NCBI RefSeq assembly: GCF_964204865.1
Contig: NC_135264.1
Coordinates: forward strand, 9,424,001 to 9,488,000
Source of the DNA: Styela clava
Lineage: Eukaryota
Reading direction: 5' to 3'
Length of the DNA: 64,000 nt
The notes beneath the pieces were generated by a model. That model did not search any database. It saw only the letters and a list, made by a program, of their open reading frames with translations, and was not told the DNA's origin. Below, piece by piece: positions 44,732 to 59,800 of this stretch (position 1 is the stretch's first letter; each line of letters starts with the position of its first letter). Both the position numbers and the translations under genes were made by a program.

Positions 44732-47700
44732 CCTGTTCCTTAGGTAGAAAAATTCGTTGGAAGGTTCAATTCACTATTTAAATTGATTGCAGCAACTCAA
44801 AACTATTTGAAACCTATGCCGTGGTACAGTACTGAAAAATTCAGAACACGCTGCATTATTACAATTACCTCAATATTGTAGTATTTTGCGTATAACGTGA
44901 ACCACTTACAACATTCCAAGAAAACTTGACAAAAGCAGGACTACTTGTCATATTTGCCGATTCGTCTAGACATGTGCCGCTATAGACTAAGAGCAAAATA
45001 AAATCTATTATTCAATGAAGGATGTCATCTAAACCTTGGGATTTAATATCCATAAATTGCATTTGAAATGGTATTTTTTATTGAAATAAATCACCGTGCT
45101 TTTACTGATTTATAGTTAATCAAATCTCCCCTATTATCTGTTTAACGTTTTTTTATCGATGAACTTACGTTTGCTTTTTGGATTAGTATTTTTATCAATG
45201 TAGTTCAAGTAGTAATAGTTCAATTCACTTCAAGTAGCTCGTCTAACAATAAGAGCTATACTCTGAAGTAGGTTTCGGTAATTACAGAAATGACAAATCC
45301 CGATCGAAATAGCTAACTAACAGGCGAGGATCGTGCATATTTGCCACCTCACTGAAAATACTCTTTTTTTTTTCTTATCATAAAAATATTGTCGAAATTG
45401 CAATGCGAAAATTCACGGCTATTTTATCGAATAGCGTGTATTTTAACCAGCGGAGTAAAGTGTATTCCTAGTCTTATAAAAACTTCATCTTTTGAAATCG
45501 GAGTTTTTTAAACTCCGGTGGCGAATATCCTTGCTTTTCGATCGCCATCTATCTCTTTCAAGCGGGGCCTCGATTCCTTCTACTCTCTATTCGTTCTATT
45601 TTGGATTTAAATTCTGTATCACACTATTAGACACTATTAGAGAAACATATCCTACTATATAGCGTTGTAATAAAAAATTCAACTAAATATTACAAAAATA
45701 ATCTTCATATTTTCACAAAATCAGCCTACGAATATTATCCCCCGCAAACGGAGCAAAGGTTACAAAACCGTTACGTACCTCCGTAGTATCGCAATGATGG
45801 GAATTCTAACGGCGATTTCTGAGAACTTATCTCTAAGTATGTCTGTCTGTTATACTTCACAATGTCAGGCTTTCCATACGCATACTACACACTTCTAAAC
45901 GCTAAAATGTTCTGCTGTTTTCCTGAACGAATATCTACACATTTACAACATGCCCAACTTAATAATCTTATTGCATATTTCAATAACAGGTATTCATATA
46001 TTGTGCGTAATCATTTAGATTCAACTTCGGCTGTATAAATTCATCTATTGCGATAACTTATATCGAAAAAAGATAATCTTTTTTCTTTGGTTAGTCACCA
46101 AATTGAAAAAAAGATTTACAGAAGAGAAAGTCAATTTGTATTACGCGCGAAAATCGGTAGGCCGATAAAATTTTATGATTCAATGCAAAGATTGGTCAAA
46201 ATTACCTTGAACTTGTTCATCGCGTGTGATTCATCTTCGGTGTCTGTTGTATCATGTTTCTTGTCAATACATCATGTTTTGTAATTAATACCTATCATAT
46301 TTTAGGGAAATTTATATTCGTTTTTGAATAATTTTTTAAATAATTTTTTAAATTTTTTTTTTAAATAAATATTAGTTTTGAAATCACAAAATCGAAATAT
46401 GACGTAATTAACGACATATCATGTTTGTTATACACAAATTCTCTATGAACCACGGCAGTCCATTTTTTTCTGGATGGGATAATATTTTGAATTTGAATTC
46501 CCCCCCAAGTTAGAACACATATTATTGGATTGGTCAAATAAACTTTCTAGTTTGGGCCCATAAAAGTATGTCTTCTAGAGTTATAATCGTCATACTCTCT
46601 TAGATTAAACAGTTTTCATTCCTAATCACAAAAATATTGGCTTCTAATTATAGTGTGAACCGATTACATGTTTGATTGATCGTTCCGTCATCAGACTGCT
46701 TCAAAAATGAATTTTCACAGGGACTACATAATGTATTACACTTTAGGTGTGGTTTTTCTTAGGTCTTTAGGCCCCCTAATAATGCCTTCAGATTACTTCA
46801 AAATTATTTAAGGTATTAAAAAATTCCCTAATAATTATATATATATATACGCTTGGAAAACATAGCAAAATTGAAACACAATCAAATGTAATCAAAATTG
46901 CAATTAGTGCCGGTTACATGAGAAAGCGAAACAAAATCTTAAGTACATTCTTAGTTCAAAGTTTATAATTAAGGTTGCAAAGGCCATTTGTAATTTAGCT
47001 CATTCAGAGAGGATTTCGATCCGTGTCGGATTTTCACGAATGATTTAATCTTTTGTAAATGAATATCTTTTGTAAATCTTAGTCTTAGCATACCTTAAAA
47101 TACTGTAAAATGACTTTAAATCTTTCTTTCCCAATTCTCATTTATATATTGTCATTTTCACTCACTCTTTGAACGTTTTTCGAATAATGCCGGCGGCCCG
47201 AAAATGAAGATTTTTATGGAAATAATACAGTAATAATTACATCAAAATTGGTTTCCGAAATCCAATATTATCCACTTGATTTGTATCGAATAATTTATAA
47301 TAAGAGATACAGATAATAATGAGAAAGCGAAGCGACGATTTGAACTGATCTAAAGACAGCTTATGTCACCCTTGACCTTAAAATTCAATCATTTGTTACG
47401 AAACAAAGGACGTCATGATTTGGTCATCTTCGTTGCACGCTTACATCACGCTTTGACAGCTTAATTCGTGATGCTGAAATATAAAACCGTTGCATCGAGT
47501 CGATCAATAAAGCACAATTGGTAATTGGTAACTGGATACAGAAATTCATACCAATGTATACGAAATTATACGGAATTTTATGATGTTTCCGGCAAAGGCA
47601 TACGGCATAGGATTTTTTTGGTATTGCGAAACACCTGACAGTGACCGTATTTAATCAATGGGGTTTACGGATTAAAAAATGAGTAACGTTTGACCGGTAA

Positions 47701-50036
47701 TCATATATGAATTGAATTGTATTCAACATTTTCTTCATACAAGGTTGCTCAGATAAAGGCCCCAAATCCTTTACGGTAGAAGTGATGCAAGTTATACCAC
47801 TGACTATCTAAAAGCGAATGACGGCAGATTGCGGTTGACGTGACACCCAAATATTGTTTAATGGAATATTTCAATTAACTTACAATTAATATTATTAAAG
47901 AGGGTTAGGTTGGTAAATTTTGCTTCTAATATCAAGTTAATTCGTACAGTAATAATTTTTGTTTGACAAAACTTATTTTAGCTTATTGTATATTTATAAA
48001 ATCATCTCAAAATATTTTATTTACAAAGACACGTTTTTGTTTATCGCAGGATCAAAACACATAAACAAAGAATGGATAAGTATGAATTGAATCATGCTTG
48101 ATATTTTCTAAACTGAGCACATTACACACCGCGCCTATATTAAAAATAAACAAAACGTATTGTGTAAGTTTCACATCTTGGCAATTCAAACTCCAAACAA
48201 AGAGAGCATTGTCAATAATATTGGCACAAATGTAGCAAATAGGTGGTACCTGTGAAATGAGACCTCACCTGAACACCGATTTTTCTGAAAATATCGGTGG
48301 ATTAGTGAGACGAATGCAGACCACAGCGTAACGGAATATAGTGTTCCCATATTTTATAAAAAAAATAAAAATAAACGTTAGAACAGAATTTTCTTTGGGT
48401 GAAAAATCGGTGTAATTTTTAAAAATTTTGTTCGTTTTGTTTCAATAGATTGTTCCAGTATATGCGAAGAACGGTCAATACTTTCTCAACCATAGCAACA
48501 ACAACAAAATCCCCAACAACAACTAATCAATGCGATCTATTAGTCCACTTCTTGACGACTCAAACCCGTTTTCCCGACTAAATACCTTTTTCTTAAAGCC
48601 CTAAACTGTAACAGCTCTCAACGTGAATCTAATCTTGTTTAAGAATATAAGCTTTCACGTTGCTAATTATAGGGCGGAATAATGTCGGACAACGGTTATG
48701 TTATTTATTTTTAACCTTGTTAATATCACATCGAATGATTGCGAGAAATTGCGTCACGAACTTAAATGCATGCTCAAGTCACTCAAGGTTTAATACGAAA
48801 TCAGGGTTCCTGCACGAGTGGCCGGCATGATGTGACGTCATAAGCGTGATGTGTCCAGACTTAATATGGATGACCATTTCCTTTACAGACTGAAGATTAC
48901 TACATATCATGGTGATTTGAAGAATGCTAAACGTTTTCCATAATAGAAAATTTTGTGTTTATACCTTTCTAAACTTGATGGAATTTTTAGCTGAATTGGA
49001 ACATGAATTGGTAAGACTATAATACTGATTAGTGCCTCATAATGTTTATAATGTGCTATTTAAAGCCAAATTTTAGTTTTTTCCTGTGACCTATCGACTT
49101 TTCTGGTTCAAATTATATGCTCGGAACATAACATTCCAATTGCGGATTTAATTTATGTTTTTTAACGGATTTAAGTAATTTTTTTTAAACGTTTGAATGA
49201 CAACTTGTTGCTTTTGCTTATATTTTCTTTCAAATCATTATTTTTAAATAATTTTTTTAAATACCCAAGATGCATTTCCAATATTACTCTAATTTTATTA
49301 TTCAATCACACAAAATCTAGCATTCAGCATCGCATTTTTTGCTCTAGTCCAAATCTTGACTCCAAATCCTAAGCGATAAGCTGCTGCAATAATACTGTAT
49401 TGAGCTGATTCGCCGTAACCAACTAAATATAGATAATAATCCCTCCTTAGTATACACTTTCATTTTCTGTAATTGTGAGTTGTGACTTATTTGATATCCA
49501 ACTGAATACATATTCGCAGACTATATAATTTTGCTTTAATTAAAAGGAAATGTATCACAAGAATGATTGAAGTTTTTCACTCTAAATTCCGAGAAAATGT
49601 GTTGCTACACATTCTTTTAATGATTATACAAACTTATTTTTATCTGAAATACCAAGAATACCCAAGAACACGCCCAAAGTAAAAACTCTCAATAGTGTTA
49701 CACACATTAAGTCGTGATTGAAAAACATGTCTGAAGTTTCAACGTGAACGCTTATATTAGAGAATTTCTAAGATATGAATGCGAATATTCACAAAGTATG
49801 TTTACACATAAATGTTACTGTTTGTTCATCGTTTTTAAACAGGAAACGGACCTATGATTTTGCCATTACGTATTTTTTTCTTAATGTTATGAAAAAAATC
49901 GCTACCTTAATTAACTATACTAAACCAATTACTTAAGAATTTTCAGTGGTTGAAGATTGTGTTTGCTATTTAGAGGCCATTAATTTTATTCACATCAAAC
50001 ATTTCTATGGGCTCTATGGAATTCGTTTAATAACTT

Positions 50037-50267
50037 TTTATTCCACCCTTCGTGGTACGAAGTAAACTGGAATTTGGAAATTTTACAAAGCATATATATC
50101 ATATATATGATATTTATTCAACAACAAGCTAAACACAGTCTACTAACGTTTGTTTTATTCCACCCTTTTAGGTACGAAGTAAACTGACGACTTTGGAAAT
50201 TTTACAAATTTGGACTTTGGAAATTTTACAAAGCATGTCATATGATATTTATTCAGCAACAAACTAT
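50037..50267. repeat. Imperfect tandem duplication (~117-bp period) with nested duplication
   Basis: TTTATTCCACCCTT..GGTACGAAGTAAACTG..TTTGGAAATTTTACAAA occurs twice; the second unit repeats GACTTTGGAAATTTTACAAA. Confidence 0.85.
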
Positions 50268-53200
50268 GAAATGATAAATATTGAAAAAGTATCATTTTAA
50301 GGTGTATATCTATTCATACATAAAGTTGATCTTTTACAATAGTTTTAAATCACGTTCAAAATATCATAATTTTTAATGCTTGGATTTCTATATTCAAATC
50401 ACAATCAAGAACATTGTAATACAAAGATCATATGCTTCGTTATACTATTCAGAACCACGAGACGCTTTCCAGACTTTTGCGGTTTGTCTTGGTGATTCCA
50501 AAAATCATTGTTTACGACCTATATTCTAGAAAATGAGTATTTGTGATGGAAATTTGTCTCAGGAGTTGAAACAATTTTTTCAAATTAAATCCATCACAAA
50601 ATAAGTAAAAAAACAAGTAAAGTTCTAACTATAATAAACAAATATTGTTGATCATTTATATTATCAATTGTAAATGACGTACTTGAATACTCGCTTATTC
50701 ATTTTGAAAAATTAAACTAAGATAAGATATTTTTTTTAGAAATCGGGATGAATTTACCGATTATGATTTAACAGTGAAGGCTACTATGAGTTTCTATTTT
50801 TATACTTTCGACATGATTTTCTTCACAAATCTTCTTGCGAGAAAACTCAGAGGCGCGGCACAAATGGTGAGGCATGACAATTTTGAGTTAATAGGGAGAA
50901 AGTGTGTATGGTTGCTAATGTTAAATGGGAGTCAAATTATTCGTCAATTCGGAGTCGACATTCTACCGGAGTCAGATTATCCGTACGCAACACAACGGGA
51001 ATAAATCCACCGTAATAAGATCAACAGAACCAGATATTAAATTAGGATTCCGTAGCGGAAAGTAAATGTATATATTATACATAAAGAAAACTATTAATAT
51101 GACGAAAACGCCCATAATCCAGGTTGGAATAGATGTTGGTAATAATAATATGATGTTCTACTATTAATAATACAGTAGGCGTACATTTGTACGTGACAAA
51201 CGATTCCGAAATACCATTCTTCTACTTCTAAATGAAGGTCAAAATTAAAACCACAGCTTAAGAATTACGCTCCGCAGGCAATTTTCAGTAATCGATACAA
51301 ATGAAAAAAGCATGAGAAATCCGAATTTTTGTAAGTTTTACGCGGGACGTGATAAATTCGTGACTAACTTTAGTGTAGTCAGAACATTGTGATCCACTCA
51401 TCTCGTAAACAATAACAGGCACAGTTACTGCTATTTTCAATAACCTCACGTTTATTTTTACAGGATTGCTATCTTTTCTTAGGTTTCCCGGGGCTTGCTG
51501 TGCTATGCAGGTCAGAAATTCTGAATCAATTTACTGGTAACTATGGCACTTCACGATATCAGCCATCAACCGTAGGATGCTTATAGGAAATGAGAAGTTA
51601 TGGTTAATGAAGATACCAATGATTAAATACTTTATTACACTCGAATTGTATATTGCTAAATTCTTATTGTTGTTCTTGGGGCTTATCTTGTTGTTATTGT
51701 TGTTGGGACGCCTTTTACTAAATAATGGCCCAATCGACTTTAAATTTCCTTTACTTGAATTGTCGTATTTACTTATTGTTGTTTCTTGTTCGCCGATTAT
51801 CGCGTCCATATATTTGTGCATTTCTCGTTTGTGAAACAATGTATTCGGTGAATCTATTCCTTTCTACGAGCATAGAAAGCTTTCACTTCATCTCAAGCTT
51901 AAAATACGATTCAATACAACACTCTCTGACCGATTTACACAACTTTAAAATATTATATTTAATACAAATTTGCTTAAAGCAAAGTCGAGGTTCTTCGAGT
52001 GCTCTTGAAAGAGATTTTCAAGTACCATTAGATTGACAAGCTAAGACTTTATATAGATTTATCAGTGATTGGTAATTGAGGTAATCATATTTTTGTGGTT
52101 TCGACTTTATTGTCGAAGTAGCAATGAATATCACAACTAAATTTACTTGTGACTGACGTTGATGTCAACACGTGAAACTGGATACTTTCAATATATGGAG
52201 AAAATATGATTTCACAAATAAGTCGTCATAATATCATACCCCGAAGCCTTTCACAATGTGATTAAATACTAGAATACATTCAATCAAAATTGGAATTATG
52301 TAATTTATATAAATGAAAATAATAGCTGAATTTTGTTTGTGAAATATTTCAACTGATATAATCACTATCGTCATAAATTAAGACATGATTGAAATAATGC
52401 TCAAATATTACAAATATTTAATCCATGTTTTTATTTTAATACTGCTACTGTAACTTTGCGCGATTGTCTGACAAAAATATTCAATTTAATATTAAAAGTA
52501 TTCTTGCCGAGAGGCAAATGAAAATGTATTTATTTTGCGAAAAAAATATTAATACCAGGTTATATTGTTGTTGAGAATGACAAGTATTAAGAATAAGAAA
52601 CTTTAATACTGGAATCTTTGCCATCAATTTAATCGCCAATGTGAATCATGATGCTGAGAATAGTTCGGAGAAATATCGATAACAATTTGCTCAGAAACGA
52701 CTCGGGTTGGTCACAGAATAGAGTGTCATAATACTAGCGCCTTTGTGAAATTTGTAATGTTTAAGAGACTGTGGAATAATTTCTAATAAACTACCGTCCG
52801 TGTAGTAGCGGAAGAAGACAAATGTTCAAGCTGAAATATCAATATTATGGCATTGATTTTCGCTATTTTAACCAATCCCTCGCATATTCCCTTCACTACT
52901 TGATTTTACCAAGTCCATTAGAATAACTAAATGCCTATTTTATGCGGATTCAGGATTGTTTGTTTAAATTGCCTAGCGCAAAATACTCAAATTGTTAAAA
53001 GTGCAATATACTTCATGCTACACATATACACAACACAATAATAAATAGGCATTTCAAATATAATATCGTCTTGAATTCTACTTACTCCCTTTTTAAACAA
53101 TAAAACTGTTAGAATATCTTAATTAAATCTATATTTATAAACTCCTAAAACTTTTGCTTGTCAAATGCTGATGATGTCATCAGCACTCCTGCAAACCAGG

Positions 53201-53969
53201 CAATATATTCCATGTCAATCTTCAAACTATTATTGACAACACTCCGAAGCGAATGCCCTGCCCAATGTCATTGCAGATAACCGATACAATAAGAAAAAAT
53301 CAGTAAATTATGGAACAGTGCAAAGTAATTCGATCACCACCAATCTAAACCTTCCTATGCCAAACTGTATATGTATCCACGGTTTATATGAGAACAAAGA
53401 TGAAACGTTGTACGTTTTGATGGAATTAAATTTTCCTGAAATACTGATATTGCTTTAATATTTTTATTTTATGACATCCGGATAAAATTAAATAATTCCG
53501 CAAATTGCATGTACCTTAAATATTTAATGATAACCTGGCTTAGATTATTTTTTTTATTGCAAGGCATTTGGTAATTAATTATTGAATGAAATAATAGCAA
53601 AGATGATTGTGTTACATCGGGCAGCAATACTCTCGTACCTCAGTTTGCGATCAATACGGTATATATTATGACGTCATAATTCCTCTATGGGCATTAAATG
53701 GAAAACGAGATAAAACCACCAAATAATTTTAAAACTACACAAAACCAAGAATTGACGACGTATTGTTACACATATTTCTTAGCGGCATTTTGAGCAATTT
53801 GATGAAGTATGCAAATAACCTTTTTCAAAGATCGTGTTAACGATGTAGTATATATATTTTTATGTTTTATATAGGCCTACTATTATTTGAACCCCTTAAT
53901 GCTGTTTATGACTGGCGTTATTATTGTAGTGATCCACACATCAGGCAATCCGCGGCTGAACCTATAGAT

Positions 53970-54833
53970 CGGGTTGGCCAACCAGTCAGAGACCGAGAGC
54001 CGCATTTCGTACTTTATTACCACGAAGAGCCACATTGTAAACGAGACCACACATGAACATCAGATATACCTTTATTCAGGTAGAAGTGAGGTCAGTAAGG
54101 TAGAATGCTAGTTTATTGTGAATGTCACTAACCAACATGATTAGGACAGAAATTTACAAGCCATTTGTTGTCATGCATGCTTCTTAGTGGGACTTCTGGC
54201 GCTACTTGGATTGAACAATGCTTTTTATATATGGCTTGGCGTGTGACGTAGTAGCTAATCGAAGCAGTTCTTTCACATATGCGTCAGTCAGAACAGATCA
54301 ATTGTTTGATTTCATGTGAAATTGGCTTGCTTTGCCATAGGTCAATGATCCCTTCCCATAAAACGCATTTCAGTTGGTGTTCTCCATAAAGATCGATCAT
54401 TTTCCACTCAGTTGCAGCCTCATCTGAGACTAGATGGGAACTTCAAACGATCCGTCTCAGAATTAACTGAATAGTCGACGACGTAGTCTGTGACGTTTCA
54501 TCTGCACTCCAATTATTTCACTCGAACGATAAACTGCGCACTTGTCACCCAACTTCTTTTTCGATACGATTACGACAGTTTTGTAGTGCAATAAACGTTC
54601 TCACAACAAAGAATTTGATTGTGGCATAATAATGGACAATTGCGGGAATGAAGCCGTTCATGTATCTTCGGCCTAAAAGAACAATGCACGAAAAATTATA
54701 ATATATTTAATCGGAGTAAGATAAATCGTAGCTTGCAAAATATTTTCCCTCAAAATAACCTAGGCGAAAAGAGCCGCATAAAACCGACGCAGGAGCCGCA
54801 TGCTGCTCGCGAGCCGCGGGTTGGCCACTCCTG
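53970..54833 (-). mobile_element. Internally deleted hAT (SPIN/Buster-like) element retaining a decayed transposase C-terminus
   Basis: 8-bp TSD CTATAGAT (53962-53969, 54834-54841). Imperfect TIRs CGGGTTGGCCAACC and GGTTGGCCACTCCTG; GAGCCGCA subterminal repeats. Minus strand 54184-54430 reads ..EWKMIDL..EGIIDLWQSKP.. and MKSNN*SVLTDAYVKELLRLATT..K*RQKSH*. Confidence 0.88.
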
Positions 54834-55583
54834 CTATAGATCGAGATGTTTAGGAATTTCTATACACCTCAAATATCAATAAATCAAATCCAAACTAAAC
54901 TCATTGTTTATTGGAGAAACCGAGTCGTTTCAGTGATCGCAACAATTATCTGGGCTTAGCATGTGAAAACCCATCGTATGGTCAGTCATGGCGAAGCTGC
55001 AAAACGGAACCAATGGTCGATTCAAAAGAAATCGCTAGTGGGTGATAGATATCAGAAATTTAAAACATCGAAGCACGGATGTCTCTCTTTTTCACTGAAT
55101 TATATTCGAACAAACAGTTGCATTTTATACATTCATCACGCATTTTACCTTATATGAAACCAGTGAAATGTGGAGAGGCATTGTTCTACATATCATTAAA
55201 ATCTTAAACTTGACACAAGCACATTACGTTAAACTGACTGGAAATGGAAAAAATAAAACGTATTTATGAACATATTAACGTCAGTGGGATACAAAGAATA
55301 GACTTTTGAACGTTTGCTTTACATAAACTCAAGCCCGATATAAAAATTCGGCTCTGACTCACAAATGTGACTCCAACAGGTATGTATCATCGGTACATCA
55401 TTTTTTCCTCTTAAGCAATAAAGGTATGAATCATAGTTAAGTAGCCTATATAGACCTATTTTACTGAGTGATGACTTTTAAACAACGTTTGCTTAATATA
55501 ATCCCAAGCCCGGCCTGAAAACCATGGCTTAAATCAGCAATATTATTCCAGTACATTTAGAATTATTATTATTTTGCTGACGC

Positions 55584-56082
55584 CAGTGGCGTAGCATCCA
55601 CCCCCGCAACCCCCGCGGTCGCGGGAGGGCCCACAGCACAAAGGGGCCCAAGCGGTTAGAATTTAGAAATTTAAGCCGCAAAACCAAAAGCTGCATTGCA
55701 AAACCAGTAATGCACATCTTATAACGTTGATGTTACTTCTGCTCAAATAGTTTTGTTACGTAACAATGTCAGGGAGTCGATTTTCCGCGTCCTGTGGTTT
55801 GATCGCACCGGTAAAATTACGAAGGCTGTCATAATGATGTCGAAAGCAAAACCTCTCAGTGAGGCACAGAAACGCAGAAAAGGGGCAGAAGAAGAAGCCC
55901 GTATGATAAAAATTGAAGTAACCAAGATAAACGGCAAATTTTAGGTTACCATTGCCATTTAATAGCGACATGTTATGCTCTTTGACGAAATAAAAAAAAA
56001 GCGTTGTTTTAGCTTATGTCCGAGAGTTTTTAGTGCCATTTCCACATATTTTTGCGTTTACGAGAGTCTTGCTACGCCACTG
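55584..56082 (+). mobile_element. Non-autonomous hAT (Tip100-like) element, 499 bp
   Basis: Perfect 13-bp TIRs CAGTGGCGTAGCA and TGCTACGCCACTG. Perfect 8-bp TSD GCTGACGC (55576-55583, 56083-56090). Contains MSKAKPLSEAQKRRK..EEE, which resembles a transposase N-terminus. Confidence 0.92.
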
Positions 56083-56869
56083 GCTGACGCAATGATTAGT
56101 AATGTTATAGTACTGTTTTGGTACCCTATTATCGATCAAACCTAATATGAAGACTTCAAGACGATTTCAGTTCGATAAATTACCACGCATTATTATACTG
56201 AAAAAGCACAATATAATAAAGGCGTAAAAGCGAGTTGAAGTAAACAACATGCCCGTGATTCGCAGTCGCCCTCACAAACATACTCATGCATACACAAGCT
56301 TATTCATGCCCATGTTTGGATTCATTGGGCCATCGAAATTAATACACAAGGCAATATCGGTCTAAGCTTGGGAACTTGAATGTACTTTCAAGAACACCTT
56401 TCAGGAAGCGACATATCATCATATAAATCGAGTTATGATGGTATCCTGATGTGACTAATACCCATTCGCAGGTGATTTGTGGATCAAATAATGCAAAGTT
56501 TTAGATTTTTGATGATATAAATGTGAAAATTTATGTCGTCCAAGCATGCGCCATTGGTCAGGTATTTCATAGGACAGGCGTATAATATACACCTATTGTG
56601 GTAATTACTAGAAACGTAAATTACTGTATATAACTAACAGCCTTCAGTTAGACAATATGTTAAATCTGGCATGAGGAAATAGATTGATAACGGATAAGTT
56701 GAATATAAACGATGGTGGGCGGTTTGAAAATCTCATTCGTGCAGCTGTATTCAGCAATATGCAGAAAGGTAATTGCATAAATTTGAAGTCATATGTGCAA
56801 TAAGGAAACAGTGTCATCAATATTGTGGCATTTAGTTATGTATGAAGCGACTATATAGACGGCGGAAAA

Positions 56870-59800
56870 ATGGTTCTACATGAATTTTTTCTTCAAGTTT
56901 TGATATTTACAAGCATTACTTTCGCTTTAGGTAAGTTTATTTGTTTTTTAATTTCTAAAATAATACGTTTATGTTTTAATATACAGTAGAAAATATTGTT
57001 TCCATCTGTGATAAGAGTGTAGCCTATTTTGAAGCATAGTATTTAACGTCGGCTCACTTTGGACACACAGTAAATGCATTAGGAAGGTTTATTATCCAGA
57101 TAGCTAGTTTATTTATGTTATATCGACATACACAGTCGCAACAGTGTAAATTAATCATTACGAAGTTTGTGAGCACTTTTATTCGCGGTGGAATGTAAAC
57201 CATATTTGCAGCTGAATAATTCGTGAAGAAAAATGGTAATCTTTTTTCTGCTCGCCACAAATCTGGAACAACTGCTATAGTGCGATTAGACACAAATAAC
57301 AGTCATTCCTGTATTGGTACATGTGAGTCGATGATCTAGCTTAATATTCGGAACTCCCGTAGTATGTATACCAGGCCATAATTTTATTCCGATTTTTCTT
57401 ATTTTGGTTCTATTACGAGTTCGGGGACTGTCTATGTTAGCCAAGTGAATATACCCCCTGTCCATAGGCTTCCGCCCCCTTACACAACTTGATTTAAAGT
57501 AGGCGAACAAAATTAGTTACCTCCATATTGGTACACATACTTCTGGAGCGCCAAATATTCTATCAAAGGTGTTTTTTGAAAGTGCTAGCGGAAGGAACTA
57601 ACACTACCTTAACAGGCCATGTGAGGCCAGATTTGCCAGAATTATGAGCCGCGATATGAAAATGTTAGGTTGGACACATCACACAACAGTATAGGCAGTT
57701 AATAACAATAGCATAAGAACGGGAGTGCCGTACGAGTTCAGGTTTTGCCGTTTAGATCATACTGACATTGTATTATGTATTTGATGCCGCTGCTGAGTAT
57801 ATCAAAGATACAATGCTGAGAGTGGGCGAATTCGTTCAAACTTGGGCAAAACAATATGAATATCGTAAAATGAATCAGTATACTCAGCAATATAACGGTG
57901 TGATCGGAAGTCTTTGATATGGTGATATTCTCCAGACTTGGTCCAATTCACTGCAGTTATTCATTCATATATAATATTACTGAGATAGTGTTATATTGAG
58001 CCCACATGATGTGTGTTATCCCAATATGGGCTTCACAAAACACTGGTAAAGCACAGAAAATATAACTAAGATTTTTAACACCATATATACATCTCGATAT
58101 ATACAAAAAAGCAGGAACTGCGCCCACGTTGTCATCACATTAGCAGATCACAAGTTGTTATTATTGTAATGTGATTCACAAAGTTGAAACGCTCATCTTT
58201 ATTCGTCATCTCGAAAACTTTGTTCTATAGGCCTAATGCTTCATTAATATGTAGAGCAGAGGCTTCACAGAATTTTTTTTCTTAAAAAAATGTTCTTATG
58301 ACCTGCCACGGTTTGACGATATTACCCTTCCTTATGGCGTGGTCTCGCATCCAAAACGTGTAATCTCCAGCTACAAATTCAAACATTTTTTGATTTAGTA
58401 AATTAATGTCTGTTTTTGAAATTTTTCCGGCATTATATAGTGGCGTTGATTTTTTTACAATGAAGCTTCAATTTATATATACTATAAATTCTGACCAAAA
58501 TAATAACGGTAGTCATGCGGTACTTTACGGTGCATATCTTCGAACGAAAATTATAAACATCAACTTCAGAAACATTCCGATAAAGCGAATAAAAATTGAT
58601 GGAGAAATTCAGAAATAAAAAGCTCTAAATTAGAATCTTTTGCGAAGATTTGATCCCAAATGACTGGCAGGCTAAATTTAATTCACGTATGCAGATGCAT
58701 AGATTCTTGAATTCAAACATGAATATTCCTGAAGCATACAACATGCTTCTAAATTTTTTACGTGTATTTCGTTACTTTTTGGCATTTAACAGACCCTCCT
58801 TCTAATGTTACCGTGACATCTATAACCACCGACACCTTCCGTGTTCATTTCAACCAATCAACAACTGCGATTTCCCACGAAGTCAAAGTTCAAGCAAAGC
58901 TGTTATCGGAAGATATTCACCTTGTCAATTCATCGGATAATGCCGTTCAGGTAATCAGTCTTGGATTTCGTTCAGTAGTTACTGTGGTACAAAACTACAC
59001 GAGACATAATTTAGTTTAGAGAAAACTGTAAAATATGCTACAATTTTTGAAATACTCCCATTATTCAATCCAATCCGTTAAATTCAATCAATGACTCATC
59101 ACGGCATCATCCGTTCACTTTTTTTAAAGTCTAAAGCCATTTTCATATATATGATATTTGCAGAATAGATTTAGTAAATGAACTGATAAATGACTCAATC
59201 GCTGATGATATTCAACCGCTTTGGAAATATATGTAAGCTACTTCTTATGCTCAAATTTGGTATTTGATGTGATTTTTGGTGGCGCCAAATTTGGGATGTC
59301 TTATGATGAATGCAATATTATAAACTTTTTAGCAGATTGTTGGGAAGTGTTTACCTAATTAGGTCAATGAAGCCACCACACTTTAAGCAATCTGAGTTAT
59401 TGGCTAGATACATATTTCCTCGTCTTTCGACATAATGATATATCGCGTCAACAATGATGACTTGTAATTAACGGAAAAATATGAAAATACTATTTAATTA
59501 TTTATACGGAAATCAACTTGAATCTTTATTAACTGTTACCAATATTTGGCCCACCCGATACATCGAAAAACTCATAATTGAGCATCAAAATGAATTATAA
59601 TATTTCAGTTGAATGAAATGTATCCGAATTTTTGTGTAAACGTCCGACAATGAATCTGTTCTCTGTTAGCTACATTTTCATATGCAAATAAAAAAGGCTT
59701 TAATTAACCTCATACTTTGAGTCAATGGTATCATTGAAATGAATAGGCGGAAGTAAAAAAATTTCAGGGCATTTTGGATATAACAATACAATATACTACA

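Noticed and set aside
45779-45900. Additional SLC34 coding exon
   Set aside because: A plausible donor (GAG|GTACGT) exists on the minus strand, but I found no convincing open frame from an ATG. At most a 5'UTR exon, unsupported without RNA data.
48273-48413. 13-bp inverted repeat ACACCGATTTTTC / GAAAAATCGGTGT
   Set aside because: No TSD and too short to classify; possibly a MITE remnant.
51531-52036. Overlapping ORFs, including a Leu-rich hydrophobic 85-aa one
   Set aside because: The hydrophobicity comes from (TTG)n low complexity. No recognisable domain or consistent exon chain; a decayed element cannot be excluded.
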